DNA of 34,244 bases from Nanobdellota archaeon (GCA_030704765.1 JAUYDD010000067.1:1-34244); one strand, 5' to 3'; positions 18,820-28,765 are shown, numbered from the stretch's first letter. The notes: a model not told the origin generated them from the sequence alone. Program-made: numbers and translations.

Positions 18820-19671
18820 ATGAAAGCAACAGAACTTTATGCAAAATTGGAAAAGAATTTCATAAAGCCCGGCTTAAGTGATGAATGGGCTGAGCATATG
18901 GAAGAAGTAAAAGATTTTCTTAGTGATAACTTTAAAAAAAGGTCTATGGGATTAGTTTGCGATAATTCTCAACAAATTATTAGAGTTTATACTGCGGTAT
19001 TTCCAACAGACAGAGTAATGAAATATATTTTAGCTCAAAGAACAGAAGACGCTATGCTTTTTGTCCATCATCCTTCTATTTGGGATATTACTAAGGCTCC
19101 TCAAGTTTTTCAACAAATGAACCAAGATTTATTAAAAAAATTTAAAGCAAGAAAAATTTCAGTTTATAACTTACATGTTCCACTAGATAATTATGGTGAA
19201 TATTCAACTAGTCTAACTTTAGCTAATGCTTTAGAAATAAAACCAAGAAAGCCATTTGCTCCTTATTTCGGAGCTTTATGTGGAGTATTTGGAAAAACAA
19301 AATTAAGAACAACTGCAGATTTATCAAGGAAATTTAAAGAAACAGTGGGTCATAGAGTTAGTTTATATCAATATGGAAGTCCAAGTATTAAAGACGGAGT
19401 TGTCGCAGTGATAGCTGGTGGTGGAAATAATGTTGAAATGTTACAAGAAATTGCAAAAGAAGGCGTAAATACATTTGTAACTGGAATAACTGCATTAAAT
19501 TCTCATTCACAAAAAGCTCATGATTTTGCCAAAGAACATAAGATAAATGTTTTAGGTGGAACTCATTATTCTACTGAAAAATTTGCATGTATTGCTATGT
19601 GCGATTATTTCAGAAAATTAGGATTAAAAAGTCAATTCATAGATGGAAAACCTGGTTTAGAAGATTTGTAA
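18820..19671 (+). CDS. NIF3/DUF34 dinuclear metal-centre protein
   Basis: SMGLV, FVHHP, YNLHVPLD, IAGGG, TFVTG, GGTHYSTE. Confidence 0.88.
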   Translation: MKATELYAKLEKNFIKPGLSDEWAEHMEEVKDFLSDNFKKRSMGLVCDNSQQIIRVYTAVFPTDRVMKYILAQRTEDAMLFVHHPSIWDITKAPQVFQQMNQDLLKKFKARKISVYNLHVPLDNYGEYSTSLTLANALEIKPRKPFAPYFGALCGVFGKTKLRTTADLSRKFKETVGHRVSLYQYGSPSIKDGVVAVIAGGGNNVEMLQEIAKEGVNTFVTGITALNSHSQKAHDFAKEHKINVLGGTHYSTEKFACIAMCDYFRKLGLKSQFIDGKPGLEDL

Positions 19672-19688
19672 ATCCAGGTCTGGGGAGC
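19670..19688 (+). repeat. Cassette-boundary direct repeat, copy 3
   Basis: aaatccaggtctggggagc, 17/19 identical to 18755-18773; overlaps the NIF3 stop codon. Confidence 0.75.
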
Positions 19689-19858
19689 ACATCTGCCTAT
19701 TTTTGCAGAGTTTAACTTAACCTAATTTTAACCTGTAAATTTTTTATCCCTGATAAAAGTCCAAAAAATAATCTCCTGAGGTTTATGAAAGATTATCTAA
19801 CTTCTTATTATAAATAAATCACAATCAGGTTTATATAGGATGAATTTATACTTTTTTC

Positions 19859-20791
19859 ATGAGAGAAAAATTATTTGGCTGTTATGTTGCAATTGTTACT
19901 CCTTTTCAAAAACAAGGAGATAGAGTGAACCATCCTATAAATTATGATTCTTTGGATAGATTTGTTAACCATATAATTCTCGAAGGGGTTGATGGTGTTG
20001 TTGTCTCTGGTTGTACTGGTGTTGATTCTCTTCTTTCTCCAGATAAACAGGTTGAATTAGTTAAATATGTTAAAAGTAAATTTGGACACCTAACAAAAGT
20101 GATTGCTGGAGATGGAGCTAATTCAACAAGAGAAGCAATAGAACTTGCTCAAAGAATGGAAGAAGAAGCTGAAGTTTACACTCACCTCTCAATATCTCCT
20201 TATAAGAACAAGCCTTCTGATAGGGGAATAATAGAGCATTTTACAACTATTGCTGATAATATCGAAGGTAAATTGATATTATATTCTGTGCCTAGCAGAA
20301 CTGGAGGAAAAGGAATTCATCCTGATGTTGCTGAAAAATTAGCAGAGCATAAAAAGATTTATGCTATTAAAGAAGCATCTAGAGATTTGGAAAGGATAAG
20401 AGAGACTATTCATAAGACAAAGGACAAGAAATTCTCTGTTTTATCTGGTGATGATAATCTCACATATCAAATAATTGAAGCTGGTGGAACTGGAGTTATT
20501 TCTGTTGCTGGAAATATTGTTCCAAGATGGATTTCTAGTTTAACCAAGTTAGCTTTAGATAAAAGTTATGATGATGCTAGTAGTTTGCAGCTTAAATTAA
20601 ATTCTTTGTATCAAGCGCTTTTTCCAAAAGCTGTTTTAAATAAAAATCCTTCACCGAATCCAGTTATGTGTTATTATGCATTGAATAAAATGGGTTTTGA
20701 AGTTGGTATTCCAAGATTGCCTTTAACAGAAGGAGAGCCTTATGAACAAGAAAGAATGGATAAGGTATTATTAGATTTAGGACTTAGTTGA
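19859..20791 (+). CDS. DapA/DHDPS-family class I aldolase with divergent active site
   Basis: AIVTPF, GCTG, LYSVPSRTG, AIKEAS, LSGDD, GVISVAGN, PRLPL. Confidence 0.88.
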   Translation: MREKLFGCYVAIVTPFQKQGDRVNHPINYDSLDRFVNHIILEGVDGVVVSGCTGVDSLLSPDKQVELVKYVKSKFGHLTKVIAGDGANSTREAIELAQRMEEEAEVYTHLSISPYKNKPSDRGIIEHFTTIADNIEGKLILYSVPSRTGGKGIHPDVAEKLAEHKKIYAIKEASRDLERIRETIHKTKDKKFSVLSGDDNLTYQIIEAGGTGVISVAGNIVPRWISSLTKLALDKSYDDASSLQLKLNSLYQALFPKAVLNKNPSPNPVMCYYALNKMGFEVGIPRLPLTEGEPYEQERMDKVLLDLGLS

Positions 20792-20818
20792 TTTAAAAAA
20801 TAAAATTTCATTAGATAT

Positions 20819-21085
20819 TCATTCTTTTAACTTATACCTATTTCTATATCCGCATTCCTTACACTGAATGACTCTAAATCCCTTTTTTATTCTTATTTCA
20901 GAATTAACTGCATTAAAAAATGAGCAGCATTTTTTGCAGAATTTCTTTTTATAATCACCAAGTTTAATGTTTTTTGACATTGCAAGTTTTTTAATATTTT
21001 TGATTTCTTTTTCATTCGGAAAATTAGAAAAAACATCTTTGATTTTTTCCTGTATTTCTTCCCTTGAGAGATTTTGTTTTTTCAT
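20819..21085 (-). CDS. rnp4: Ribonuclease P protein Rpp21 (component 4), short form
   Basis: KKKFCKKC..EIRI..IQCKECG..RY zinc ribbon. Confidence 0.82.
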   Translation of the reverse strand: MKKQNLSREEIQEKIKDVFSNFPNEKEIKNIKKLAMSKNIKLGDYKKKFCKKCCSFFNAVNSEIRIKKGFRVIQCKECGYRNRYKLKE

Positions 21086-21201
21086 TTTAACATATTAAAA
21101 TATTTTACAGATTTGTAGATTGCACTCTAGAAGTTTATTTATTTTATTTTCTGAAATTAACATAATAATTATAGAAATCTGTGAAATATAAACATTTACA
21201 A

Positions 21202-21765
21202 TTATCTATTTTCTAATAATTTTTCCAGATAAAGTCCTGCACTTCTAACATAAAGTTCAGGATGTTTTCCAACATCATTTTTAACTAGATCTATCTCTGC
21301 AAAACAACTCCAATAAACTTTATCTGGATTTAAAGAAAAAGGGCCTTTGTAAACTCCTTGGAACATATGAACATATTCAAGGTCATTAGATCTTAGGTCT
21401 TTTGAAAAACTAGTAACAGGTGTTATAGTATTTCTTATTTCTTCTGGTAAAGATAAATTAAAAAAAATTTCTTCTGATAACTCACTTAAAGCAGCTTCTA
21501 AAGGGGTTTGCCCCCTATTTTCAGCTTTTAACCAAATTGCATGACCTTCAATACTAACATTTAATTTATTTATTCTACTAATTTTATAAGATTTCTCTGT
21601 TAATAAAATTCTACTTAAAGAAGTATCATCAAAAATAAATACACTTGAGGTAAGATGCCTAATTCCCGGAGTTTTTCCATCTCCAGGATGTGCTAATTCA
21701 TAAGAAACTGGACTTACTGCTACTCCAAATTCATTCACTTGAACTATTGGCGGGTAATTTAACAT
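21202..21765 (-). CDS. NUDIX-fold protein, IPP-isomerase-type-1-like
   Basis: RHLTSSVFIFD, GH, EAALSELSEEI Nudix box, LEYVHMF, LNPD.V. Confidence 0.7.
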   Translation of the reverse strand: MLNYPPIVQVNEFGVAVSPVSYELAHPGDGKTPGIRHLTSSVFIFDDTSLSRILLTEKSYKISRINKLNVSIEGHAIWLKAENRGQTPLEAALSELSEEIFFNLSLPEEIRNTITPVTSFSKDLRSNDLEYVHMFQGVYKGPFSLNPDKVYWSCFAEIDLVKNDVGKHPELYVRSAGLYLEKLLENR

Positions 21766-21816
21766 TAGAAAAAGCAAAAGGAAAAACCTTTTAAATTTTA
21801 TTATATCTTAGAATAT

Positions 21817-22761
21817 ATGCTAAAACAATTTCCACACCTTTCAGGTAAGCTGATACTTGCGCCAATGCATAATGTAACTAACCTCGCGTTTAGATTGATA
21901 TGCAAAAAATATGGTGCAAACCTTGTTTCAACTGAACTTTTATCAGCTAATGCTATTGCAAGAAAAAATAATGCTGTTATGAAACTAGCAATACATAGTG
22001 ATGAAGAAAAACCTATTACTGCTCAAATATTTTCTAATAATACTAAAAATATGGTTAAATCTGCACAAATTCTTGAAGATTTAGGATTTGATATAATTGA
22101 TATAAATCTAGGTTGCCCTTCTGATAAAATAATGAAACAAGGTTCAGGTGGTGCATTATTGAAAAGAAAGCAAAAAATAGCTGAAATAATCAGAGAAGTA
22201 TATGATTCAATTCAAATACCCTTGACTGTGAAGATAAGGAGTGGATTTGATAGTTTTTCTATCAATGCTCCGGAGATAGCAAAAATATCAGAAGAAAATG
22301 GTGCAAGTGCTATAATAATCCATCCAAGAAGTATAAAACAAGGATATTCTGGAAAATCAGACTGGAATATAATAAAACGAATAAAAGAAAATGTAAATAT
22401 TCCAGTCATAGGAAATGGGGATGTTATTGATGGAGAAAGTGCTAAAAAAATGTTGGATGAAACTGGATGCGATTATATAATGATAGGAAGAGCAGCTATT
22501 GGAAATCCATTCATATTCAGAGAAATTAATGAATTTTTAATGTCTGGAAAAATTATTAAGCAGACAAAAGAAGAAAAAATAAAAGATTATTTTAGATATA
22601 TTGAGCTAACCAAAAAATTTGGGATCTTTTCCATAAAAGATGCTAAACAAAAAGCACATGAGTTTACGAAAGGGCTTCCTGAAAGCTCGAAATTAAGATA
22701 TAAATTAAATAATATAAAATCTTTTGAAGAAATAGATTATTTAATAAAAAATATATTATAA
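21817..22761 (+). CDS. dus: tRNA-dihydrouridine synthase
   Basis: LAPM, DINLGCP, TVKIRSG, IHPR, IGNGDV, MIGRAAIGNP. Confidence 0.95.
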   Translation: MLKQFPHLSGKLILAPMHNVTNLAFRLICKKYGANLVSTELLSANAIARKNNAVMKLAIHSDEEKPITAQIFSNNTKNMVKSAQILEDLGFDIIDINLGCPSDKIMKQGSGGALLKRKQKIAEIIREVYDSIQIPLTVKIRSGFDSFSINAPEIAKISEENGASAIIIHPRSIKQGYSGKSDWNIIKRIKENVNIPVIGNGDVIDGESAKKMLDETGCDYIMIGRAAIGNPFIFREINEFLMSGKIIKQTKEEKIKDYFRYIELTKKFGIFSIKDAKQKAHEFTKGLPESSKLRYKLNNIKSFEEIDYLIKNIL

Positions 22762-22811
22762 AAGAATTTATAAACTTATATGATGTTTTTAATATATAAA
22801 AGTGTGATAAA

Positions 22812-23702
22812 ATGAAAAAGATCCTTATCATTATGATATTAGCATTGGTTTTAAGTATAAATTTTGTACTATCGTTAGATACAGAAAATCAAAACCGCCT
22901 TAATTTTGGCCATGTATTGATTGTAAAAAAAATCAATACAGAACCAAATGAACTTGTTCCTGGAGAAACTGGAAAACTGAAAGTATATGTCTATAATAGT
23001 GGAAAATCATTTATAAGTGATGTTAGAGCGAAACTTATTTTGCCTTCTGAACTTGCATTTATTGATGATGTTTCTGAGAAAAAAATCTCAAAACTTGAAT
23101 CAGGTTGGGAAACTAATTTAGATTTCACATTAATCTCTCTACCAAAAACTGTAGAAGGAGTGTATAAAGCGACTTTAACTATTTATTATATAAACCATAT
23201 TGGGGAACAAAAAGAAGATAATTATTCTATTGGAATCATTGTAAAAAGTGAACCAAAAATCTATGCACAAATAGAGAAATCAGAACTCTATCAAGAGAAT
23301 AGGATTGGTGAAATAACAATGACATTTATAAATAATGATGTTGCTAATGTAAGATTTTTAACGGTAGAACTTCTTGATAGTGAAGATTATGAAATTATAT
23401 CATCTAATAAAAAATATATTGGAGACCTGGATTCAGATGATTTCCAATCTACAACTTTTAAATTAAAAGTAAAGAAAAATATGAATATTTTCAATCTTCC
23501 TATAAAAATAAGTTATAAAGATGCTTTGAACAAAGAATATTCTGAAAATCTAGAATTACCTTTAGAACTGAAATCTGCTAATGATCTTGGAATAAAAAAG
23601 AATAACTATACAACTTGGGCAATAATAATAATTATTTTAGTGATTCTTGTTCTCTATATTATTAAAAAGAACCAAGGAAAGAAATTTTCAAAATATATTT
23701 AA
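22812..23702 (+). CDS. COG1361-like secreted Ig-fold protein with C-terminal TM anchor
   Basis: Signal peptide, P..L.PGE, YIGDLDSDDF, C-terminal TM + basic tail; next to an ABC exporter. Confidence 0.75.
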   Translation: MKKILIIMILALVLSINFVLSLDTENQNRLNFGHVLIVKKINTEPNELVPGETGKLKVYVYNSGKSFISDVRAKLILPSELAFIDDVSEKKISKLESGWETNLDFTLISLPKTVEGVYKATLTIYYINHIGEQKEDNYSIGIIVKSEPKIYAQIEKSELYQENRIGEITMTFINNDVANVRFLTVELLDSEDYEIISSNKKYIGDLDSDDFQSTTFKLKVKKNMNIFNLPIKISYKDALNKEYSENLELPLELKSANDLGIKKNNYTTWAIIIIILVILVLYIIKKNQGKKFSKYI

Positions 23703-23780
23703 GAATATAGTTAATCTTAAATAAATAAGGTTATCGTAATCTTAGGTTATTAGCTTCAGATTATTTCTGAAAATATAAAA

Positions 23781-24500
23781 ATGAAAAAACAAAATAAAAC
23801 AAAGAACAATGAAATCATAAGACTTGAAGAGGTATACAAAAATTATATTATGGGTGAAACTATAGTTAAAGCTATTTGTGATGTTAATTTAGGAATAAAA
23901 AGGGGAGAGTTTGTTGCAATTGTAGGTCCGAGTGGGAGTGGTAAAAGCACAATGATGAATATGGTTGGTGCATTAGATTTAGCTTCAAAAGGTGAGATTT
24001 ATTTAGATGGGCTGGACATTGAACATGTTGGAGAGTCTGAGTTAGCTCAAATAAGAGGAAGAAAAATAGGTTTTATTTTCCAGACATTTAATTTAATTCC
24101 AACATTAAGTGCATTAGAAAATGTTGCGCTTCCAATGATTTTTCAAGGAATTCCTAAATGGAACAGAATTGAGAGGGCAAAAAAGCTCCTAAAAGATGTT
24201 AAACTTGAACATAGAATGTACCATTTGTCAAATGAACTATCTGGCGGAGAAAGGCAAAGAGTAGCTATTGCGAGAGCTTTAGCAAACGACCCTGAAGTTA
24301 TTTTAGCTGACGAACCTACTGGAAACCTTGATAGTAAAACAGGAGAAGAAATACTCGATATGTTCATTGAACTGAATAAAAAAGGAAAAACTATTATAAT
24401 GATTACGCATGACCAAAATCTAGCTAAAAAAGCGCAAAGAATAATTAAGTTAAGAGATGGGTATGTCGTTGGTGAAGAAATAATAAAAAAGCATTCTTAA
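23781..24500 (+). CDS. ABC transporter ATP-binding protein (LolD/MacB family)
   Basis: GPSGSGKST, LSGGERQR, ILADEPTGNLD, ITHD. Confidence 0.96.
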   Translation: MKKQNKTKNNEIIRLEEVYKNYIMGETIVKAICDVNLGIKRGEFVAIVGPSGSGKSTMMNMVGALDLASKGEIYLDGLDIEHVGESELAQIRGRKIGFIFQTFNLIPTLSALENVALPMIFQGIPKWNRIERAKKLLKDVKLEHRMYHLSNELSGGERQRVAIARALANDPEVILADEPTGNLDSKTGEEILDMFIELNKKGKTIIMITHDQNLAKKAQRIIKLRDGYVVGEEIIKKHS

Positions 24501-24598
24501 TGATGTATTTTGTATAAGAACATAATCTTTAAAAACTCTATAACATAGGGTAAAATATAAGGGGGTGAAGGCCTCAGACCTTTTTCTGAGAAATTAAA

Positions 24599-25477
24599 AT
24601 GGATTATAAAAACCGAGTGATAATATTTGGAGTAATTGTATTAATTTGTTTAATTTCAGTTATTAATCTAGCTTTTGCACTTACAACAACCTCTGTTTTT
24701 ATGAATCCTGAAAGCATTGCTCCTGGAGAAACTTCAAAAATTACAATTGTAATAAAAAACAATGGTGAAAATGATTTAACAGATGTCTCTGTTGGACTTG
24801 ATTTTACAAATCTTCCACTAGCTCCATATAATTCTGGTTCAAACCAGGTTTTTAGTGATTTAAATGTTGATAAAACAAAGCAATTAGAATTTGATGTAGT
24901 TGCATTAAATGATGCAAAATCAGGCATATATAAAATTCCAGTAAAAATTAAATATACTGAAGATTCAATATCTAAAACACTAGATTCTATGATTAGTATC
25001 ATGGTTTATTCAAGACCAATTGTTGAAGTTGATGCTGAAGAAAGCTTATTATTAAAAGGACAAAAAAATAAAATCACTATTAAAATAGTCAATAAAGGGC
25101 TTGCTGATGTAAAATTTTTAGAAGTTGAGATCGAAGGCTCTACTTATTACTCGTTATTATCTCCAGATACAGTATATGTTGGAGATGTTGATTCTAATGA
25201 TTTTCAAACAGCAGATTTTAACTTGTTCTTTAATAAAAATATACCTAATACTATAAATATTCCAGTGACATTAACTTATAAGGATATAACAAATAAAGAA
25301 TACAATCAAGACTATACTATTTCTTTAAAAACCTATAGCCAAGAACAAGCTCAAAAATTAGGATTAGTGCAGAAAAGCTATACAAGCTACATAATCGGGG
25401 GAGTAATCTTTTTAATATTAGTCTTCTTAGTCTATAGAACTCTTAGAAGAAGAAAGAATAAAAACCCTCAATACTAG
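24599..25477 (+). CDS. COG1361-like secreted protein, paralog of 22812-23702
   Basis: PESIAPGE, YVGDVDSNDF, C-terminal TM + RRRK. Confidence 0.75.
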   Translation: MDYKNRVIIFGVIVLICLISVINLAFALTTTSVFMNPESIAPGETSKITIVIKNNGENDLTDVSVGLDFTNLPLAPYNSGSNQVFSDLNVDKTKQLEFDVVALNDAKSGIYKIPVKIKYTEDSISKTLDSMISIMVYSRPIVEVDAEESLLLKGQKNKITIKIVNKGLADVKFLEVEIEGSTYYSLLSPDTVYVGDVDSNDFQTADFNLFFNKNIPNTINIPVTLTYKDITNKEYNQDYTISLKTYSQEQAQKLGLVQKSYTSYIIGGVIFLILVFLVYRTLRRRKNKNPQY

Positions 25478-25503
25478 ATTTGATAGAGAATATACAAAAT
25501 AAT

Positions 25504-26724
25504 ATGTTAAGAGATTTTTTCTTTTTGTCTGTGAATAGTATGAAAAAAAGAAAGCTTAGAAGCTGGCTTACTCTCTTAGGAATTTTTATTGGAATTGCCG
25601 CTGTTGTTTCTTTAATTTCTATGGGCGAGGGATTAAGAACAGCTATAACTGGGCAATTTGCTTCTCTATCTTCAGATACTCTTACATTTACAAATGCTGA
25701 AACAGGATTTGGACCACCTGGAAGCACAGCAATTAAAAAAATCACTGATCATGATATAAAATTAATAGAATCTGTAAATAATGTAAAGATTGTAATTCCA
25801 AGGCTAATTAGAGTTGCAAAAATAGAGTATAATAAAATTATAGATTTTAGATATGTTGCAAATTTACCTGAAGATAAAGAAAAAATAGATTTTATCTATA
25901 CTAATATGAATATTAAAATAGAGGAAGGAAGATTATTAGGAATTAATGACCGTGGAAAAGTTGTTTTAGGAAATGATTTTACAACTACTGATAAATTTAA
26001 TAAAAAAATAAGGGTAGGAAGCAGGATAAAAATACAAGGCAAAGAATTTGAAGTTGTCGGAATACTAAAAAAAGCAAGCACTTTTACAATTAACAGTGTT
26101 GTTATAATGTTAGACAGTGATATGAGGGAGATTTTAAATATACCTAAAGATGAACATGATATAGTTGCAATCAGGGTTAATAGCAAAGATAATGTAGAAA
26201 AAGTTTCTTTAGACATAAAAGACAAAATAAGAAAAGATAGAAAAGAAAAAATAGGTGAAGAGGATTTTAATGTCCAGACACCATTACAGGCGCTCCAATC
26301 TGTTAATACAATTCTTGATATCGTAAATATTGTAGTTATTGGGATTGCTGCAATCTCTTTAATCATAGGAGGAATTGGAATTGCAAATACTATGTATACA
26401 TCAGTTTTAGAGAGGACAAATGAGATTGGAATAATGAAAGCAGTTGGAGCTAAAAATTCTGACATTCTGACTTTGTTTGTAATTGAATCAGGAATATTTG
26501 GATTAATTGGAGGTTTTGCTGGATCTTTATTTGGAGTCCTAATGTCTTATAGTGCTTCATCAAGTGCAAATAGCTTTTTTGGAGAAAATATTTTTAGTTT
26601 TCAAATATCCTGGCCATTAATATTTGCAGCTATAATATTTTCATTTTTAATAGGAGTTTTTGCAGGCTTAATCCCTTCTTATCGTGCAAGTAAATTAAAA
26701 CCTGTTGATGCATTAAGAGCATGA
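25504..26724 (+). CDS. ABC transporter permease (MacB/FtsX family)
   Basis: RSWLTLLGIFIG, GIANTMYTSVLERTNEIGIMKAVGA, KPVDALR. Confidence 0.95.
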   Translation: MLRDFFFLSVNSMKKRKLRSWLTLLGIFIGIAAVVSLISMGEGLRTAITGQFASLSSDTLTFTNAETGFGPPGSTAIKKITDHDIKLIESVNNVKIVIPRLIRVAKIEYNKIIDFRYVANLPEDKEKIDFIYTNMNIKIEEGRLLGINDRGKVVLGNDFTTTDKFNKKIRVGSRIKIQGKEFEVVGILKKASTFTINSVVIMLDSDMREILNIPKDEHDIVAIRVNSKDNVEKVSLDIKDKIRKDRKEKIGEEDFNVQTPLQALQSVNTILDIVNIVVIGIAAISLIIGGIGIANTMYTSVLERTNEIGIMKAVGAKNSDILTLFVIESGIFGLIGGFAGSLFGVLMSYSASSSANSFFGENIFSFQISWPLIFAAIIFSFLIGVFAGLIPSYRASKLKPVDALRA

Positions 26725-27938
26725 TTCAAGATTATTTTAAACTAGGCTTTGAAAATATAAAAAGAAAAAAATTAAGAAGCTCTTTAACAATAGTGGGGAT
26801 TTTTATCGCTGTCACAACTATATTTATTTTAATTAGCTTGTCTATTGGTTTAGATCAGGCTATAAAGGAGCAGTTTAGGCAATTAGGTACAGATAAATTC
26901 TTTATTATGCCAAAAGGCCAAGCAGGAGCGCCAGGTTCTGGAGGAGCTGTAGAATTAACAACAAAAGATGTAGCAGTTATTGAAAAAATTAATGGTGTAA
27001 AAGATGCTGTATATTTCAATGTAGGAAATGTAAAAATAGAATTTAAACAAAAAAACAGGTATTATATGGCTATTGGAATTCCTGATGATAACAGACTAAT
27101 GAAAGTCATGCTTGAAACTATGAATATAAAAGTAAATGAGGGAAGATTTTTAAAACCAGGAGATAATAAAAAAATTGTTTTAGGATACAATTACAAATAT
27201 GGGAACCTTTATGATAAACCCGTTAGAACCAGAGATAAAATAGAGTTAAATGATGTTGAATTTGATGTTGTTGGAATTCTTAGCCAGATTGGAAATTCTG
27301 CAGATGACCAGCAGGTCTATATTACTTTTAATGATGCAAAAGAACTGTTTAATTCAGGAGACAGAGTTGATGAAATAGTAGTACAAGTAAAAAGTGAAGA
27401 AGACGTTAATGCAGTTGCAGATAGTGTTAAAAGAAAGTTGATAAATTTTAGAGATGTTACTGAAAAAACAATGGATTTTACAATATCAACTCCCGAAGAG
27501 CTGTTAAGAAGTTTCGGGACTGTGTTAAATATAATCACTGCTTTTTTACTAGGAGTTGCTGCTATTTCTCTTTTAGTCGGAGCTATTGGAATTGCAAATA
27601 CTATGTATACATCAGTTTTAGAAAGGACAAAAGAAATCGGTGTAATGAAAGCAATTGGAGCTAAAAACTCGGATATATTAACTATATTTGTAATAGAATC
27701 TGGATTTTTGGGTTTAGTTGGAGGAATAATTGGAATTTTAGTTGGAATTGGAATTGGAAAGATAATTGAATATATAGCAATCACTAGCCTTAAAACAAAT
27801 CTATTGAGAATTGCTACTCCCTGGTATCTTATTCTAGGATGCATAATGTTTTCTTTTATAATTGGCGCAGTTTCTGGTTTACTTCCAGCACATCAAGCAT
27901 CAAAGGTCAAACCTGCCGATACATTGAGATATGAATAA
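26721..27938 (+). CDS. ABC transporter permease (MacB/FtsX family)
   Basis: GIANTMYTSVLERTKEIGVMKAIGA, KPADTLRYE. Confidence 0.95.
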   Translation: MIQDYFKLGFENIKRKKLRSSLTIVGIFIAVTTIFILISLSIGLDQAIKEQFRQLGTDKFFIMPKGQAGAPGSGGAVELTTKDVAVIEKINGVKDAVYFNVGNVKIEFKQKNRYYMAIGIPDDNRLMKVMLETMNIKVNEGRFLKPGDNKKIVLGYNYKYGNLYDKPVRTRDKIELNDVEFDVVGILSQIGNSADDQQVYITFNDAKELFNSGDRVDEIVVQVKSEEDVNAVADSVKRKLINFRDVTEKTMDFTISTPEELLRSFGTVLNIITAFLLGVAAISLLVGAIGIANTMYTSVLERTKEIGVMKAIGAKNSDILTIFVIESGFLGLVGGIIGILVGIGIGKIIEYIAITSLKTNLLRIATPWYLILGCIMFSFIIGAVSGLLPAHQASKVKPADTLRYE

Positions 27939-28004
27939 TTTAAAAACATAAAAATTTATAAACTCTAAGAATAAATTATCTCTATTAACAAAAAGGTGTA
28001 AAAT

Positions 28005-28175
28005 ATGACTAAATGTACGTATTGTAAAAAACAAATGCCCGAGAATAGTTCTTTAGAAGTCTGCGATCCATGTGGAATAAAAGTATGGGGCCTAAAAATG
28101 TTCAATGCAATAAAAAGCAATATGGAAGAGGCTAATAAAAGAGGGAATCTTGACCAAGGTGGAAATGGGAGATAA
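28005..28175 (+). CDS. 56-aa CxxC-CxxC zinc-finger microprotein (not in the ORF track)
   Basis: MTKCTYCKKQMPENSSLEVCDPCGIKVWG..; AAGGTG SD-like motif and TTTATAA upstream. Confidence 0.75.
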   Translation: MTKCTYCKKQMPENSSLEVCDPCGIKVWGLKMFNAIKSNMEEANKRGNLDQGGNGR

Positions 28176-28314
28176 GCTATTAGTAAGCTTTTTAAATGCT
28201 CTATTTCTATATTTTTTAGGGTTAATTAAGATTAGTGGATAGTTATGGACTATCTTAAACGACCATTGAGCACTAAGAAACCCATAGAAGATTCTTAGAA
28301 GCTTATATATAAAA

Positions 28315-28566
28315 ATGATTAAAAGAAAACAATTACGTGATCGTGGAAAAATCAAACTCAGTAATTATTTCCAAGAGTTTAAAGAAGGAGAAAGAGTAGC
28401 TGTAGTAAGAGAACTTGCTATGAATCCGAAATTTCCGAAACAAATCCAAGGAAGATCCGGAGTTATTTTAGAAAAGAGGGGGAACTCTTATATAGTAAAG
28501 ATAAATGATTTAAACAAGGAAAAACATTATATAATCCATCCCGTACATCTAAGGAGATTAAAATGA
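28315..28566 (+). CDS. rpl21e: 50S ribosomal protein eL21
   Basis: RDRGK..QEFKEGERV..QGRSG..IIHPVHLR. Confidence 0.95.
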   Translation: MIKRKQLRDRGKIKLSNYFQEFKEGERVAVVRELAMNPKFPKQIQGRSGVILEKRGNSYIVKINDLNKEKHYIIHPVHLRRLK

Positions 28567-28736
28567 TAAATAAAAATAAATTAGTAATTAGAAGTATGGA
28601 TGATGTGTTTAAAGATCCAGATGTTGATATAGAGGATAGTAGAGAATTAATAGAAGGAGTTATGAAAAGTCCTTTGTATAGCTTAATGACTGAACAATGT
28701 AATGGTTATGAAATGAGATTGATTCACAATAATTAA
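28563..28736 (+). CDS. 57-aa hypothetical protein (not in the ORF track)
   Basis: ATGA overlap with the rpl21e stop, GGAG upstream; MINKNKLVIRSMDDVFKDPDVDIED.. Confidence 0.5.
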   Translation: MINKNKLVIRSMDDVFKDPDVDIEDSRELIEGVMKSPLYSLMTEQCNGYEMRLIHNN

Positions 28737-28765
28737 AATTAAACATTAAAAAAATATTCAAAAAA

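Noticed and set aside
19651-19678. cctgg...ccagg as a tRNA T-stem with an intron or a split-tRNA half
   Set aside because: The 5' arm is NIF3 coding sequence (KPGLEDL) and a 5-bp match is expected by chance
26370-27700. DNA-level repeat ttgcaaatactatgtatacatcagttttaga
   Set aside because: Explained by the conserved motif shared by the two paralogous ABC permeases
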